Positions 37,826 to 48,949 of a stretch of 64,000 nucleotides of DNA are shown here, piece by piece. Within the stretch, counting starts at the first letter, position 1. Each line of letters begins with the position of its first letter. Source of the DNA: Hormoscilla sp. (GTDB lineage Bacteria > Cyanobacteriota > Cyanobacteriia > Cyanobacteriales > Desertifilaceae); assembly GCA_051439505.1 (NCBI GenBank), contig JBFRWI010000160.1, forward strand, positions 8,160 through 72,159. The letters run 5' to 3'. The notes under the pieces are model-generated. The model was given only the letters and a program-made list of their open reading frames with translations, was not told the origin of the DNA and ran no database searches. Made by a program: the position numbers and the translations under genes.

Positions 37826-38055
37826 TTAAATCATCCAAATAAGTTGTGCTAACTTCCCTGTACGAGCTGAAATGGAGATTTCAGGTGACCGGCAGGGGCC
37901 GCAAGTTAAGTCTGCAAATAGGGTGGCACGGTGAGATGGTCTCGGGTAAACTTGAGAAGATGGGACCGTGCATCAAGTTAAGACCGGCACCAGAGGAAAA
38001 GACAGATAAACTTGCGGCTCAGGCAACTGTGTAGCGTGAAAAGGGGAAGGTAGCT

Positions 38056-38274
38056 GTGGCGAAAAACAAAGCAGTGCCAGAGAAAACAGAAGGCTTTAAC
38101 CCAGTCAAGTTTTTTCAAGGCACGAAAGAAGAATTAGAGAAAGTAGTTTGGCCCAGTCGGCAACAGCTGATTAGCGAATCAGTGGCGGTGATGTCGATGG
38201 TAGCCCTTTCAGCAATGCTGATCTATGCCGTGGATAAGTTGTTTGGTTGGTTAGCAGGGCAGGTGTTTGGATGA
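38056..38274 (+). CDS. secE: Preprotein translocase subunit SecE
   Basis: EELEKVVWPSRQQL plus one TM helix. Confidence 0.93.
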   Translation: MAKNKAVPEKTEGFNPVKFFQGTKEELEKVVWPSRQQLISESVAVMSMVALSAMLIYAVDKLFGWLAGQVFG

Positions 38275-38927
38275 ATTTGGGATCTTCAGAGGAAGAACGC
38301 CGTTCTACGGAAACGGAAGAGATGGCAGAACTCCCGTCCGAACTCCCAGAGTTGGAAGTAGGCCAGGAAAAAGGTCGTTGGTATGCAGTTCAGGTGGCCT
38401 CAGGCTGCGAAAAGCGGGTGAAGGCTAACCTGGAACAGCGGGTGCAAACCTTGGACGTGGCCAACAGAATTTTACAAGTGGCCATTCCTGAAAAATCATC
38501 CATCCAGTTCCGGAAGGGAGGAAAACCGCAGCAAACGAAAGAAAAGGTATTCCCGGGGTATGTTCTGATCCGAATGTTGATGGATGATGAAACGTGGCTG
38601 GTGGTCAAGAACACCCCCCACGTGATTAACTTTGTCGGGGCGGAACAAAAACGCAGCTATGGTAGGGGTCGAGGACATGTCAAACCATTGCCTCTGAGTA
38701 ATAAAGAGGTAGAAAGGATCTTCAAACAAACGGAGTCAGAACAGCCGGTAGTCAAAATAGACATGGCAGTCGGGGATAAAATCCTGGTGCTGTCAGGCCC
38801 GTTCAAAGATTTTGAAGGGGAAGTGATCGAAGTAAGTCCCGAACGTAGCAAGCTGAAGGCCCTACTTTCGATCTTTGGACGGGATACTCCTGTAGAATTG
38901 GAGTTTAACCAGGTACAAAAACATTAA
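38271..38927 (+). CDS. nusG: Transcription termination/antitermination factor NusG
   Basis: WYAVQVASGCEKRV, EKVFPGYV, KOW GPFKDFEGEV, SIFGRDTPVELEF; ATGA overlap with secE. Confidence 0.96.
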   Translation: MNLGSSEEERRSTETEEMAELPSELPELEVGQEKGRWYAVQVASGCEKRVKANLEQRVQTLDVANRILQVAIPEKSSIQFRKGGKPQQTKEKVFPGYVLIRMLMDDETWLVVKNTPHVINFVGAEQKRSYGRGRGHVKPLPLSNKEVERIFKQTESEQPVVKIDMAVGDKILVLSGPFKDFEGEVIEVSPERSKLKALLSIFGRDTPVELEFNQVQKH

Positions 38928-38942
38928 CTCACGGATAGATAG

Positions 38943-39368
38943 ATGCCGAAAAAAGTAGTGGCGATGATCAAGTTGGCCTTGCCAGCTGGCAAGGCCAACC
39001 CGGCACCACCGGTGGGCCCGGCATTGGGTCAGCATGGGGTGAATATCATGATGTTCTGCAAGGAATATAATGCGAAAACGGCAGACCAGGCAGGCATGGT
39101 GATTCCGGTAGAAATATCGGTCTATGAAGACCGTAGTTTTACCTTTGTACTGAAAACGCCGCCAGCATCGGTATTGATTCGCAAGGCGGCGGGCATTGAC
39201 AGGGGTTCGGCAGAACCAAACAGAAAGAAAGTGGGATCCTTGAGTAAGGCCCAATTGCAGGAAATTGCCCAGACGAAAATGCCAGACCTGAATGCTAATG
39301 ATATTGAGGCGGCAATGAAAATTGTGGCGGGAACGGCTCGGAATATGGGCGTGAAAATAGTAGAGTAA
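38943..39368 (+). CDS. rplK: 50S ribosomal protein L11
   Basis: [30 protein letters not shown]. Confidence 0.98.
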   Translation: MPKKVVAMIKLALPAGKANPAPPVGPALGQHGVNIMMFCKEYNAKTADQAGMVIPVEISVYEDRSFTFVLKTPPASVLIRKAAGIDRGSAEPNRKKVGSLSKAQLQEIAQTKMPDLNANDIEAAMKIVAGTARNMGVKIVE

Positions 39369-39427
39369 TCTGGTAAACATTAGGGGGAGAGGCTTGGGCT
39401 TCGCGATTGACCCCAGGAGAGAAGAAG

Positions 39428-40144
39428 ATGCCGAAAAAGCGATCGCGCCGGATGCGAGAACTGGAGAAAAAAGTAGAAGAACGTCTCTACGAACCGCTAG
39501 AGGCGCTACAGCTGTTGAAGGAAACGGCAACAGCGAAATTTGCCGAATCAGCGGAAGTTCACGTGCGCTTGGGAATAGACCCCAAGTATACGGACCAGCA
39601 GTTGCGGACAACGGTGACGCTGCCGAAGGGAACCGGTCAAACGGTGAGGGTGGCGGTAATTGCTAAAGGTGAAAAGGTGACGGAAGCATCGGCAGCAGGT
39701 GCGGATGTGGTAGGATCGCAAGAGCTGATTGACGAAATCCAAAAAGGTCGGATGGACTTCGATCGGGTGATTGCCACGCCGGATATGATGAAGGATGTGG
39801 CAAAATTAGGACGTATTCTCGGCCCCCGGGGCTTGATGCCATCTCCGAAAGGCGGTACGGTAACTTTTGACGTGGCAAATGCGATTACGGAAGTAAAAGC
39901 TGGTAAGCTGGAGTTTCGGGCCGATCGCACGGGTATTGTCCATATCCAGTTTGGCAAAGCGTCGTTTCCCGCTGATGATTTGCTGGTAAATCTGAAAGCG
40001 TTGCAGGAAACTATCGAACGTAATAAGCCTTCAGGTGCGAAGGGACGCTACTGGCGGACAATATATGTATCGGCGACCATGGGCCCCTCTATTCAGGTGG
40101 ATATCAACGCCTTGCGGGATCTGAACGTAGCTGAGGCAGCATAA
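39428..40144 (+). CDS. rplA: 50S ribosomal protein L1
   Basis: [35 protein letters not shown]. Confidence 0.98.
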   Translation: MPKKRSRRMRELEKKVEERLYEPLEALQLLKETATAKFAESAEVHVRLGIDPKYTDQQLRTTVTLPKGTGQTVRVAVIAKGEKVTEASAAGADVVGSQELIDEIQKGRMDFDRVIATPDMMKDVAKLGRILGPRGLMPSPKGGTVTFDVANAITEVKAGKLEFRADRTGIVHIQFGKASFPADDLLVNLKALQETIERNKPSGAKGRYWRTIYVSATMGPSIQVDINALRDLNVAEAA

Positions 40145-40200
40145 AACGAACAGCTGACAACGAACAACTAAGAAGGTGGGCGATGCCCACCCTACAAATA

Positions 40201-40260
40201 CGACCAGAGACAGCAGGTGCGAACAGCTTAATATCCTGCCGAGGTTGACTTGGGAAAACG
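40201..40260 (+). promoter_or_regulatory. Putative L10 leader (r-protein autoregulatory RNA)
   Basis: agacagcagg...ttaatatcctgccgagg pattern upstream of rplJ. Confidence 0.6.
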
Positions 40261-40360
40261 GTTCCTGGTGCAAAGGAACGATCGCTTTCCGATGTTACCC
40301 CGGCATTACATGTCGGGGTTTTTAACTTGGAAAAAATACCCATTTAAGGAGGTGAGAGAT

Positions 40361-40924
40361 ATGGGTAGAACGTTAGCAGAGAAACAAGCCATTGTGGCCG
40401 ACCTGAAGCAAAACTTGAGCGAGTCTCAAATGGCGCTCGTCATAGATTATAAGGGGTTGTCTGTGGCCGAAATCACCGATTTACGGCGGCAACTGCGCCC
40501 GACTGGTACGATTTGTAAGGTCACGAAGAATACTCTGATGGGACTTGCAGTTAAAGGAGATCCTACCTGGGAACCGATGCAAGATTTCCTGTCGCAATCA
40601 TCGGCATTCTTGTTGGTCAAGGATGACATGGGTGGTGCGATTAAGGCTTACCAAGCATTCCAAAAAGCTACCAAGAAGACGGAATTTCGTGGTGGCGTGA
40701 TGCAAGGTAGGGCCTTAAATGAGGCCGAGGTGAAGGCGATCGCGGACTTGCCTTCTAAGGAGGAATTGATCGCCCAAATCGCTGGTGCAATTAACAGCAT
40801 CGCTACTAAGCTTGCTGTTGGCATTAATGAGGTGCCTGCTTCTCTGGGTCGCAGCATTAATGAAGTGCCTGCTTCTCTGGGTCGCAGCTTAGCCGCGATC
40901 GCTGCTAAGGAAGAATCACCTTAA
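40361..40924 (+). CDS. rplJ: 50S ribosomal protein L10
   Basis: AGGAGG RBS; IDYKGLSVAEITDLR, KVTKNTLM, LPSKEELIAQI. Confidence 0.96.
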   Translation: MGRTLAEKQAIVADLKQNLSESQMALVIDYKGLSVAEITDLRRQLRPTGTICKVTKNTLMGLAVKGDPTWEPMQDFLSQSSAFLLVKDDMGGAIKAYQAFQKATKKTEFRGGVMQGRALNEAEVKAIADLPSKEELIAQIAGAINSIATKLAVGINEVPASLGRSINEVPASLGRSLAAIAAKEESP

Positions 40925-41028
40925 CCCCCACCCAAACCATGGTGGGCGGTGTGAAACGATGGTGGGCGGTGCCCACCCTACGGAAGACGATTGTAATACC
41001 ACAACATTCATTTTAAGGAGTTAAATCA

Positions 41029-41433
41029 ATGTCTGCTGCAACTGATGAAATTTTGGAAAAACTCAAGGGCTTAAGCTTGCTGGAAGCTTCGGAATTGGTC
41101 AAGCAAATTGAGGACGCTTTTGGTGTCAGCGCCGCCGCACCTGCTGGTGGTGGCATGATGATGATGGCTCCTGGCGTTGCTGGTGGTGCTGCTGCTCCCG
41201 CTGAGGAAGTCGAAGAGCAAACCGAGTTTGATGTGGTGCTCGAAGAATTCCCAGCTGATAAGAAGATTGCGGTCCTGAAGGTGGTCCGGGCCCTCACCGG
41301 TCTGGGTCTGAAGGAAGCTAAGGATTTGGTCGAGGGAGCACCGAAGGCCATTAAGGAGGCGATCGCGAAGGATGCTGCTGAGGATGCTAAGAAGCAACTG
41401 GAAGAAGCTGGTGCTAAGATCAGCATCAAATAG
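41029..41433 (+). CDS. rplL: 50S ribosomal protein L7/L12
   Basis: [33 protein letters not shown]. Confidence 0.98.
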   Translation: MSAATDEILEKLKGLSLLEASELVKQIEDAFGVSAAAPAGGGMMMMAPGVAGGAAAPAEEVEEQTEFDVVLEEFPADKKIAVLKVVRALTGLGLKEAKDLVEGAPKAIKEAIAKDAAEDAKKQLEEAGAKISIK

Positions 41434-41528
41434 CACGTTAATTGTTCGTGGTTAATGGTTCATTGTGAATTGTTAATCCACGAACTGATAGTAAGGTGGG
41501 CGATGCCCACCTTACCGCTTGCTATCAA

Positions 41529-44500
41529 CTAAAACCGGTTTTCGTACTGAACATTAATTTCGTTGAATTCGTAGTCATAGATAATCCTTACCAGAGAATC
41601 ATTGTTGAGGTGATAAAAACCCTCGAAAATAGGGAATATTCGCAAATTAGCGAAACCAAGTTTTTGTCCCGCATTGCTAATGGTATCTTCGACTCCAAAC
41701 ACGATATTACGTACAAAAGGTTCAATAGCATACCGAGAAACAGCAAAAAGCAATAGTTCTTTTTCATTACTTTGGGCAAGTTGCTGGACTAAGTCGGCAG
41801 ACTGATTGCTTAACAAGGCGAGAATTTCTGCCTCGCTGCGGGTCGGCACGCTGGTTATTTTCACGATCTCTCGATCGAGGAGGAGTTGCCTTTCCTGTTC
41901 ATTTTGAGATTCTTTCAGACAACCTGCTAATCGTTTTAATTCTGCCGCAGTCATCGTCGAAACACTTCCCTGGGTGGGGAGGTTGAAGTTAGGAAGCGGA
42001 TCTTGGCAGGGATTTAATTGACCATAATCAGCTGGCAGAAGCTCTTCCAAATTACCCCGGACAGCAATCTTGATGTTAATTTCATCAGGTCTGGTCAATC
42101 CTACTGAATTATCGGGGATTTCATTATCCTGGTACTGCGATCGCTCCGAACGCTGGTACGATCGCTCGTTATTGGCACTCTCTATCACCGTTGTTTCCGT
42201 GAGGATGTCTAGGTTAGGATTGAGTAAGCCTTCAGTCGGGATAAAGGAAATCTTGCTATCATAGTCCCGTGACAATAGCAGCTTGTTGTTTAATACATCT
42301 ATTATTCCCCGCCGCAGGTAAATATTCCCCTTTGGTTGCAAGTCTTCTGGGGATCCCCGGAAGGTTCCATTCACAGTAACATCGCCATCAATCTTAAAGT
42401 CAAGCTGGGGGTTTCTTTTCACATAGAAATCTTCCCCCAGAATTACCTGAAAATCCTGAAACTCTGGTGCGATCGCCAGATCCGCAGGGGCCGAGGGCAT
42501 AGTTGCTGATGTGAGAGTCGAGTTTGCTGCTGGTTGCGTACCGTTGGCCCCCAGGGGTACGGTTACTCGCCCATTTGACAAGGCCACTTTGCCTGCAATT
42601 ACCGGACTCAGGGCGCTACCGCTAATCGTTACATCTGTATCAATTTGGCCCTTGTACAGGCCGTTTAAGTTCAGCTTCCCTTTATCAATAGTTATTTCCA
42701 GGGGTTTGTCCGAGTCGGGGTTAGATTCAAATATGGGCAATACTCCAGCGATCTCGATTTTACTTTCTGCAAAGTTACCCTCTATATTCTCTACTTGCAG
42801 ATGTTTCTCTGTTAAGGCGATCGCGCCATTGAAGATCAAGGGCTCTTCTGAAACAGCTTTGCTCTTGATTGTAGCATCTTTGAGGGTGACATTCCCCACA
42901 GCCTGCAAGTTTTTAATGTTTTGGGCCTCTAAATCTAAATTACCGCTAGCCTGCAACTCGACTTTCCCCTCGCCATCTACCCATTCTACCTGTCCTTGAG
43001 AAAATAATCCGATCAGGGCGATCGCCTCTGTGTCCAGTTGCACTTCCACTTCTGCCCGGTTATTTCCTGGTACTATAGGAAAGGGGACGCTGGCCTGGAC
43101 TTGCAGATAAGATGGTTGGGTGGTATTAAAGTTCAGGCGATTATCATCATATGCGAACTTGCCCTGGATCTCATCTAATGGCCGATCGTCTATACTGACA
43201 TCAGCAAAAGATAGCGTTCCCCCTACTTGAGGTTTGGCCATACTTCCGGACAAGGTGGCTGTAGCATTAAGATTACCTTTGATGTCAATCGGAATCTCTG
43301 CAAAGTTGCCCACTGTATCCAGGGATAATTTTTCTATTTTCAAGAAACCACCTAGTTTTTGACCCGATTCTTTTAAGCTTCCCTGGGCTATCCATTGATC
43401 TACTGTAATTACGCGGTTGTCTAGGGGCGGTTCTGCGGGTACCGCCTTAACTGCTTCCTTATTTTGCTGTGACGGTTCGCTGCTAGCAAGAGGTTGATAG
43501 GGACGCCACTGCCAATCTTGGCCTTGCAGATTCACATCTATCTCAGGATTTGTTAATGTGCCAGCTAGAGTTATATCACCACTATAGTCACCACTAATAT
43601 TTAAGTATATTGGCATTTCTGCTGCTGACTCTGGCCGGGCGATCGCGATCGCATTACTCTGGTCAAGTTGGCGCAACTGACTAAAAACTGGGGCTTCTGG
43701 GTTTCCTACTGGCAGGGTTTGTACATCTGCTGCACTTGCATTCGCGGTAGGGGGCTGATATTCTGCAAATATCTCTTGCAACTGTTGCAAGCTGGGCAAT
43801 TTCACCGCTTCCAGGATGTCTTGCACAGAAGCTTGCTTAATATCCACCTTACCCTTTACCTCTCCAGTATTGAGATTTAACTCTCCGTTAAATTGATATT
43901 GCTGGTCTTGGCTTTCTTGCAACTGGATTTCTTGCAACTGGAGTATCCCTGACTTCAACTCGGCTATATTATTGTTATAATAGAAGTCAGTTGCTAATCG
44001 ATCGACTACTCTGTTACCCAGTCCCAGTTGATTGATTTTGATGTTCCCCTCAGTTGCTAATGTGGCCAGATCTATTTCAACTTCCCCATTGACCATACCC
44101 TCGATCGCCCCCGGGATGCCAAACCGATCGCCTGGGGATATTTTTAGCAGGTCCAGGGCGAAATTTTCTATTTTCGCCTTGAATATGTCCCCCGTCCGTC
44201 GCCCTCGCACCAGGAATGTATTTTCCCCGTCTCCCTGTCGGACTGACAAGGATGCTGGTAGGTACGGGGCCATACATGCAGAACCAATGCAAGGTGTTAG
44301 TTGGGCAGATATGACATCTTTTTTGCCCCGCAAATTCATCCCTATTTCCCGGGCCGGATCTACATTCACTGGGCCAGTTAGCAACGGATCGAACTTCATC
44401 TCGTTAAAAGCAAAATCCCGCAGTTGCAGATCCCCTGTTAAATTCAAGTTCCCTGCTGTTAAGGGGTCTAATAGTAAGTTTTTCGCCAATAGACGACCTT

Positions 44501-47500
44501 CAAAGTCAGCATCGCCCCCGATGTTAAGCTGAGTAGGCAGGAAGTCTCGTTCCACCGGTGCCATACTTAGCAGTTCGGTGAAGGGTATAGCATCTAGGTC
44601 AGAACTGGCGTCAATGTTTAATTCCAAACCTACAGACCGCGCTGCTGTGGTTAAATTGGAGACAACGGCAGTCCCCCTTGCCTCTAGAGATTGTTCTGCT
44701 AGCTGCACTGATATCTTATCAGCTTTAATAGTCGAGGGAATCTGAGGATTCACCAAGGGGTCGAGATTTCCGGATATATTTACCTCGGCCTTCAATGGTA
44801 GTGGACTCTTGCTTGCTTCATTGATAATTCCCAGTTTCTCTAATACTTCCCCCACTTGTACCTGAGATGCTGTGACATTTGTCTGCCATTTACTATCTGC
44901 GAGTGAGAGTGATCCATTAACTGTTCCCTCTGCCACTTTCAAGTTAACATTAGCAGTAGCATTGGGGTCCAGTTGAGTAAAGTCTTGGGATACCGCTGCT
45001 GAGGCGATCGCCTGAAAAGACTCCGATAAATTAACTTCACTTGCCAACAGGGTAACCGGTACTGCCAGGTCTTGCAGGAATGGAGTTAGTTCTATTTGAG
45101 AAGTTGTCGTTTCCACCTTCACCCGGCCTGCATTAACCGTACTTGTGGCCCTTACCGTACCGTCATTCACCCTTAACCGCGCCTCGGCATTGCCCCTGGG
45201 GTTTATTTTGCTAAAGTCCTGGGACATCGCTGCTGCTATTATCCCATTTAATGACTCAGATATATTTACTTCACTGCTCTCAAGGGTAACAGCTGCTAAA
45301 GATGTCTCTGGCAGTAACGTTTGCAGGAATGGAGTTAGTTCTATTTTATCTGTTGTTTCCGCTGTCACATTCACTCGGCCTGCATTCACTCTACTTGTGG
45401 CCTTTACCGTACCGTCATTCACCCTTAACCGCGCCTCGGCATTGCCCCTGGGGTTAATTTTGCTAAATTCCTGGGACATTGCTGCTGCTATTATCCCCTT
45501 TAATGACTCAGATATATTTACTTTACTGCTCTCCAGGATAACTGGTGCGATCGCTGTCTCCGGTAGGAATGCTTGCAGGAATGGAGTTAATTCTATTCGA
45601 GAACTTGTCGCTGCCACATCCACCCGGCCTGCATTCACTCTACTTGTAGTATTTACCGTTCCCGAACCTACTTCCAGTCGTACCTTAGCATTCGCCGTCG
45701 GGTCTATGGAAGTATAATCCCCAGATTCCGCTGCTGATATGATGTTATCTAGAGACTCCCTGATATTTACTTGACTTGCCAACAGGTTAACAACTGGTAA
45801 GGATGTTTCCGGTAGGAATTGGCGCAGCAAGGAATTCAGTGAGATAGTCGAGGTAGTCGCCGCCACATCTACAATACCACCCTTGACTGTGCTATTGGCG
45901 TTTACTATCCCGTCCTCTACTCCTAGCCTGACATTAGCATTAGCATTGATGCTATTATAATCTATCCCTTGAGTTGATGCCAGCAGTTCTTTGAGATTGG
46001 CAAGCAGATCCACTGAAGATCCCAGCAGGTTAGCTGCTACAGGCAAGTCCGGGATAAATTTGTCGAGTTGAATTTCCGCCGTGCTGCCCTTAACTTGCAA
46101 GAAACCATCTTTCAGATTACCATTAACTACTGCCCTCTCCCCTGCTATATTCAGACTCAGGTTCGTTCCGCCTTCTATCTTATCTATCTCTGGGGAGTTA
46201 AAATTACCCGCTAATTTAACTGTCCCATTACTCAATGTTACCCGGGGAACGTCCGGACCGATAAATGGATCTACTGGCACTGCCTTTGCCCGCACCGATG
46301 CCTGGAAATTACCAGTTTCTAGGTTGCCTTCGCCCCCTATAGCCAAGATTCCTGCACCAATTTGGACTCTATTATTGCGCAGTTGGACTTGATTGTCAAT
46401 CAGAGTCACTTCACCGCCACCAGAAATGTTACTTACCCCTACCGCTGCTACTCCTGGGGCCTGCCATTGTAGCTTCCCTTCCGGTTGCGCGATCGTCCCC
46501 TGCACCTGAGCTTGAGCTGTGAGGTTGCTGATGCTAATATCGGGTGGGAGATTGTAAGGTCTGGCAATCTCGTCTACTGGCAGTTGGGCATCAATCTCGA
46601 AGGATAAAGGCATTGCTTCTGGTTCCAGAAACTCCCCACTGTCCGCCGACAGTTTTACCTGACCCTTACCCCTGATGCCACCTCCTGCTTGGGGGATGAT
46701 TTGCAAGTCTTTGAGGACTGCTTGGGTGCGATCGCCCCCGAAGTTAGCTTCAATTTGAGCAATTTCCAGCTTATCGATGCGGGTCATTTTGTTGCTTTTG
46801 AGGATACCATTAATCTCGGGATTCTCTATCTCTCCCGTGACGGACAAGTCAAGTTGCATTTCGCCATCGAGTTCCACGGGAGATTCTACGGCGGCCACTT
46901 CCAGCAACTCGGGCAAGCTAACGGGTGCCACTGCTACGGCGATGTCGTATCCTCGATCTAAATCGACTTTACCAGAAACTAGGGTTTCGAGGGCGAAGCA
47001 TTCTGTCAGAACAGCGATCGGGTTGTTGCTAGAATTCTGGTCAGAATTATTCGCCCCTAAACATGTTTTGATTTCTTCTACCAGAACTGTCTTACCTTGG
47101 AAGTACAACTGGGCACTAGCATTAACTGGGTGGGGTAACTCCGGGACTTGGATCTCAAGGGACTGTAGGTTAAGGTTTCCCTTAACAGAGGGCAGTTCTT
47201 GGAAGGAAGGTAGTTGCGCCTTCAGGTCCGCATTTAACTGGCCACTGGCGATCGCCACCATAGCGTTAGGGATGAAGGGATTAATTTCTATCAGGGAGAA
47301 GTTTTCCACCTTGGCGCTGAGGTCACTTTCTCCCGTTTCGATCAGTGTTTCCCCCTCGACACTGACTTTTCCCGTAGCGATGTCAGCATCAATATCATAT
47401 TCTATTTCCTCCTGAGCACTCTTGTATCTGGCCCTGCCATTTATTTCGCTACTGACCGGGGTAGTGGCCGTATGGGGCAAAAGGGCGATCGACCCCTTTT

Positions 47501-48107
47501 GGATGTTCAGGGTAGCATCTACCGGTGGAGGGTCTCCTGGTGGTAGTTTTTCCAAGAATTGCAGATCGATCCATTCCCCAAGTTCATCCTGTTCGACATA
47601 AAGTTCTGGTTTCACCAGGGTAACTCGCAAAGGTAAGGTGCCACCCAGCAATGGCAACAACTGCCAGCTCATATCTATAGCTTCTATGTCAAGCTTATCG
47701 GGGTCCGTGGCGGTCGGGGGGATAGACACCGGACCGATGCGGACTCCATTCAGGGAAAAGCTTTGCAGCTTTCCCAACTTCACTTCCCTTTCCAAGAACT
47801 TGCTAGCTTCAGTTTCCACCATCGGGTAGAGTTTTTCACCGATGAGATATTTTGCTCCCATATATGCACCCGCCCCGATCGCCGCTACTGAGGCCAGGGC
47901 GATCGCGATCTTGGTTCGGCGTCCAAGATCTCCCCGAGATCGGGGGGGACTCTGAGGTTGGTTGTCCTGAGAAGGCTGTGGTGGAGCCGGCTGCTCCTGT
48001 TGCGGCGAGTTGCTCATGGAATTGTCCCGATCTCCGTTGCTAGAGGCTGAAGGCATTCTATCACATCGAGGGCGATCGGGTGGCCAGGATCGTGATATTT
48101 TACCCAA
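41529..48107 (-). CDS. TamB/AsmA-like translocation and assembly module protein (DUF748/DUF490 type); start uncertain
   Basis: N-terminal TM anchor, ~2100 aa of beta-rich repeats, C-terminal LSNGRVTVP..PQLDFKIDGDVTVNG..LNPNLDI. Confidence 0.8.
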   Translation of the reverse strand: MGKISRSWPPDRPRCDRMPSASSNGDRDNSMSNSPQQEQPAPPQPSQDNQPQSPPRSRGDLGRRTKIAIALASVAAIGAGAYMGAKYLIGEKLYPMVETEASKFLEREVKLGKLQSFSLNGVRIGPVSIPPTATDPDKLDIEAIDMSWQLLPLLGGTLPLRVTLVKPELYVEQDELGEWIDLQFLEKLPPGDPPPVDATLNIQKGSIALLPHTATTPVSSEINGRARYKSAQEEIEYDIDADIATGKVSVEGETLIETGESDLSAKVENFSLIEINPFIPNAMVAIASGQLNADLKAQLPSFQELPSVKGNLNLQSLEIQVPELPHPVNASAQLYFQGKTVLVEEIKTCLGANNSDQNSSNNPIAVLTECFALETLVSGKVDLDRGYDIAVAVAPVSLPELLEVAAVESPVELDGEMQLDLSVTGEIENPEINGILKSNKMTRIDKLEIAQIEANFGGDRTQAVLKDLQIIPQAGGGIRGKGQVKLSADSGEFLEPEAMPLSFEIDAQLPVDEIARPYNLPPDISISNLTAQAQVQGTIAQPEGKLQWQAPGVAAVGVSNISGGGEVTLIDNQVQLRNNRVQIGAGILAIGGEGNLETGNFQASVRAKAVPVDPFIGPDVPRVTLSNGTVKLAGNFNSPEIDKIEGGTNLSLNIAGERAVVNGNLKDGFLQVKGSTAEIQLDKFIPDLPVAANLLGSSVDLLANLKELLASTQGIDYNSINANANVRLGVEDGIVNANSTVKGGIVDVAATTSTISLNSLLRQFLPETSLPVVNLLASQVNIRESLDNIISAAESGDYTSIDPTANAKVRLEVGSGTVNTTSRVNAGRVDVAATSSRIELTPFLQAFLPETAIAPVILESSKVNISESLKGIIAAAMSQEFSKINPRGNAEARLRVNDGTVKATSRVNAGRVNVTAETTDKIELTPFLQTLLPETSLAAVTLESSEVNISESLNGIIAAAMSQDFSKINPRGNAEARLRVNDGTVRATSTVNAGRVKVETTTSQIELTPFLQDLAVPVTLLASEVNLSESFQAIASAAVSQDFTQLDPNATANVNLKVAEGTVNGSLSLADSKWQTNVTASQVQVGEVLEKLGIINEASKSPLPLKAEVNISGNLDPLVNPQIPSTIKADKISVQLAEQSLEARGTAVVSNLTTAARSVGLELNIDASSDLDAIPFTELLSMAPVERDFLPTQLNIGGDADFEGRLLAKNLLLDPLTAGNLNLTGDLQLRDFAFNEMKFDPLLTGPVNVDPAREIGMNLRGKKDVISAQLTPCIGSACMAPYLPASLSVRQGDGENTFLVRGRRTGDIFKAKIENFALDLLKISPGDRFGIPGAIEGMVNGEVEIDLATLATEGNIKINQLGLGNRVVDRLATDFYYNNNIAELKSGILQLQEIQLQESQDQQYQFNGELNLNTGEVKGKVDIKQASVQDILEAVKLPSLQQLQEIFAEYQPPTANASAADVQTLPVGNPEAPVFSQLRQLDQSNAIAIARPESAAEMPIYLNISGDYSGDITLAGTLTNPEIDVNLQGQDWQWRPYQPLASSEPSQQNKEAVKAVPAEPPLDNRVITVDQWIAQGSLKESGQKLGGFLKIEKLSLDTVGNFAEIPIDIKGNLNATATLSGSMAKPQVGGTLSFADVSIDDRPLDEIQGKFAYDDNRLNFNTTQPSYLQVQASVPFPIVPGNNRAEVEVQLDTEAIALIGLFSQGQVEWVDGEGKVELQASGNLDLEAQNIKNLQAVGNVTLKDATIKSKAVSEEPLIFNGAIALTEKHLQVENIEGNFAESKIEIAGVLPIFESNPDSDKPLEITIDKGKLNLNGLYKGQIDTDVTISGSALSPVIAGKVALSNGRVTVPLGANGTQPAANSTLTSATMPSAPADLAIAPEFQDFQVILGEDFYVKRNPQLDFKIDGDVTVNGTFRGSPEDLQPKGNIYLRRGIIDVLNNKLLLSRDYDSKISFIPTEGLLNPNLDILTETTVIESANNERSYQRSERSQYQDNEIPDNSVGLTRPDEINIKIAVRGNLEELLPADYGQLNPCQDPLPNFNLPTQGSVSTMTAAELKRLAGCLKESQNEQERQLLLDREIVKITSVPTRSEAEILALLSNQSADLVQQLAQSNEKELLLFAVSRYAIEPFVRNIVFGVEDTISNAGQKLGFANLRIFPIFEGFYHLNNDSLVRIIYDYEFNEINVQYENRF

Positions 48108-48494
48108 GTTCCCCAGGCCGGGCGATCGCTCTTTATCATCAAAACTGTTTTTTACTCCTCTTATCTATCAGGACAGTTAATTCAGGAATTCCATAAACCT
48201 GCTTACAGTTCCGATGAAAAGCTTCTATTCCTGATATCTGGCAATATACATTCGAGAATGCTGCCTAAAAATTGCCGTTTTCACTTAGTGGAACGCAAAA
48301 CTCACTTGGGTGATCCGACATTATATTAGCAGTTGTAGCAGAGGTGAGGCGATCGCCCTCTAATAGCAGTCGGGGCGAGATCCCCTCGGCAGCAGATCGA
48401 GTTTGTCAATCGGGATTTTTGCTCTTAAGCAGAATTACCTATGGAAGCGATCCCCTCATCGGTGAAACGCCCTTCGCGTTGACCACGAAGGACA

Positions 48495-48624
48495 GCGATC
48501 GCCGGCGCAACTGGCTGAGAGCGTAACTGGTGTCATTGATGCTTACCATCGACTTCCCCGCGATCGCCGGTGCAACTGGCTGAGAGCATCACTGCTTTCA
48601 TTGATGCTTACCATCGACTTCCCC
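48495..48624. repeat. 65-bp tandem duplication, each unit beginning with HIP1
   Basis: 48495-48559 and 48560-48624: gcgatcgccgg(c/t)gcaactggctgagagc...cattgatgcttaccatcgacttcccc. Confidence 0.85.
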
Positions 48625-48949
48625 TGGATAATGAGAAAAGCCGCTCTTTAATATTAAGTATTTTTAATCTCCTCTATATACTCTGCTGTACTACAGCCAT
48701 CCCCAGCCAAACAGCCTCAAAAGTAGTCCCTGTCAGGGTTTTATCCCCCCGACATCCAGTAGCTGGAGTGGACTGACTGCGGATTTTACTGAAGCCTTAA
48801 CATATTTTTCTCTGACTGGGCGAATGATAACCATAAGAGATTGTGAAGAAAATTCAGGGCGTTAATGTTTCTAAACAAAACTTCACAAGACTATCATGGA
48901 AAAATCGTACCCCAGAGGTTGAAGTTCTCATCTGTTGGACCTTACCGTT

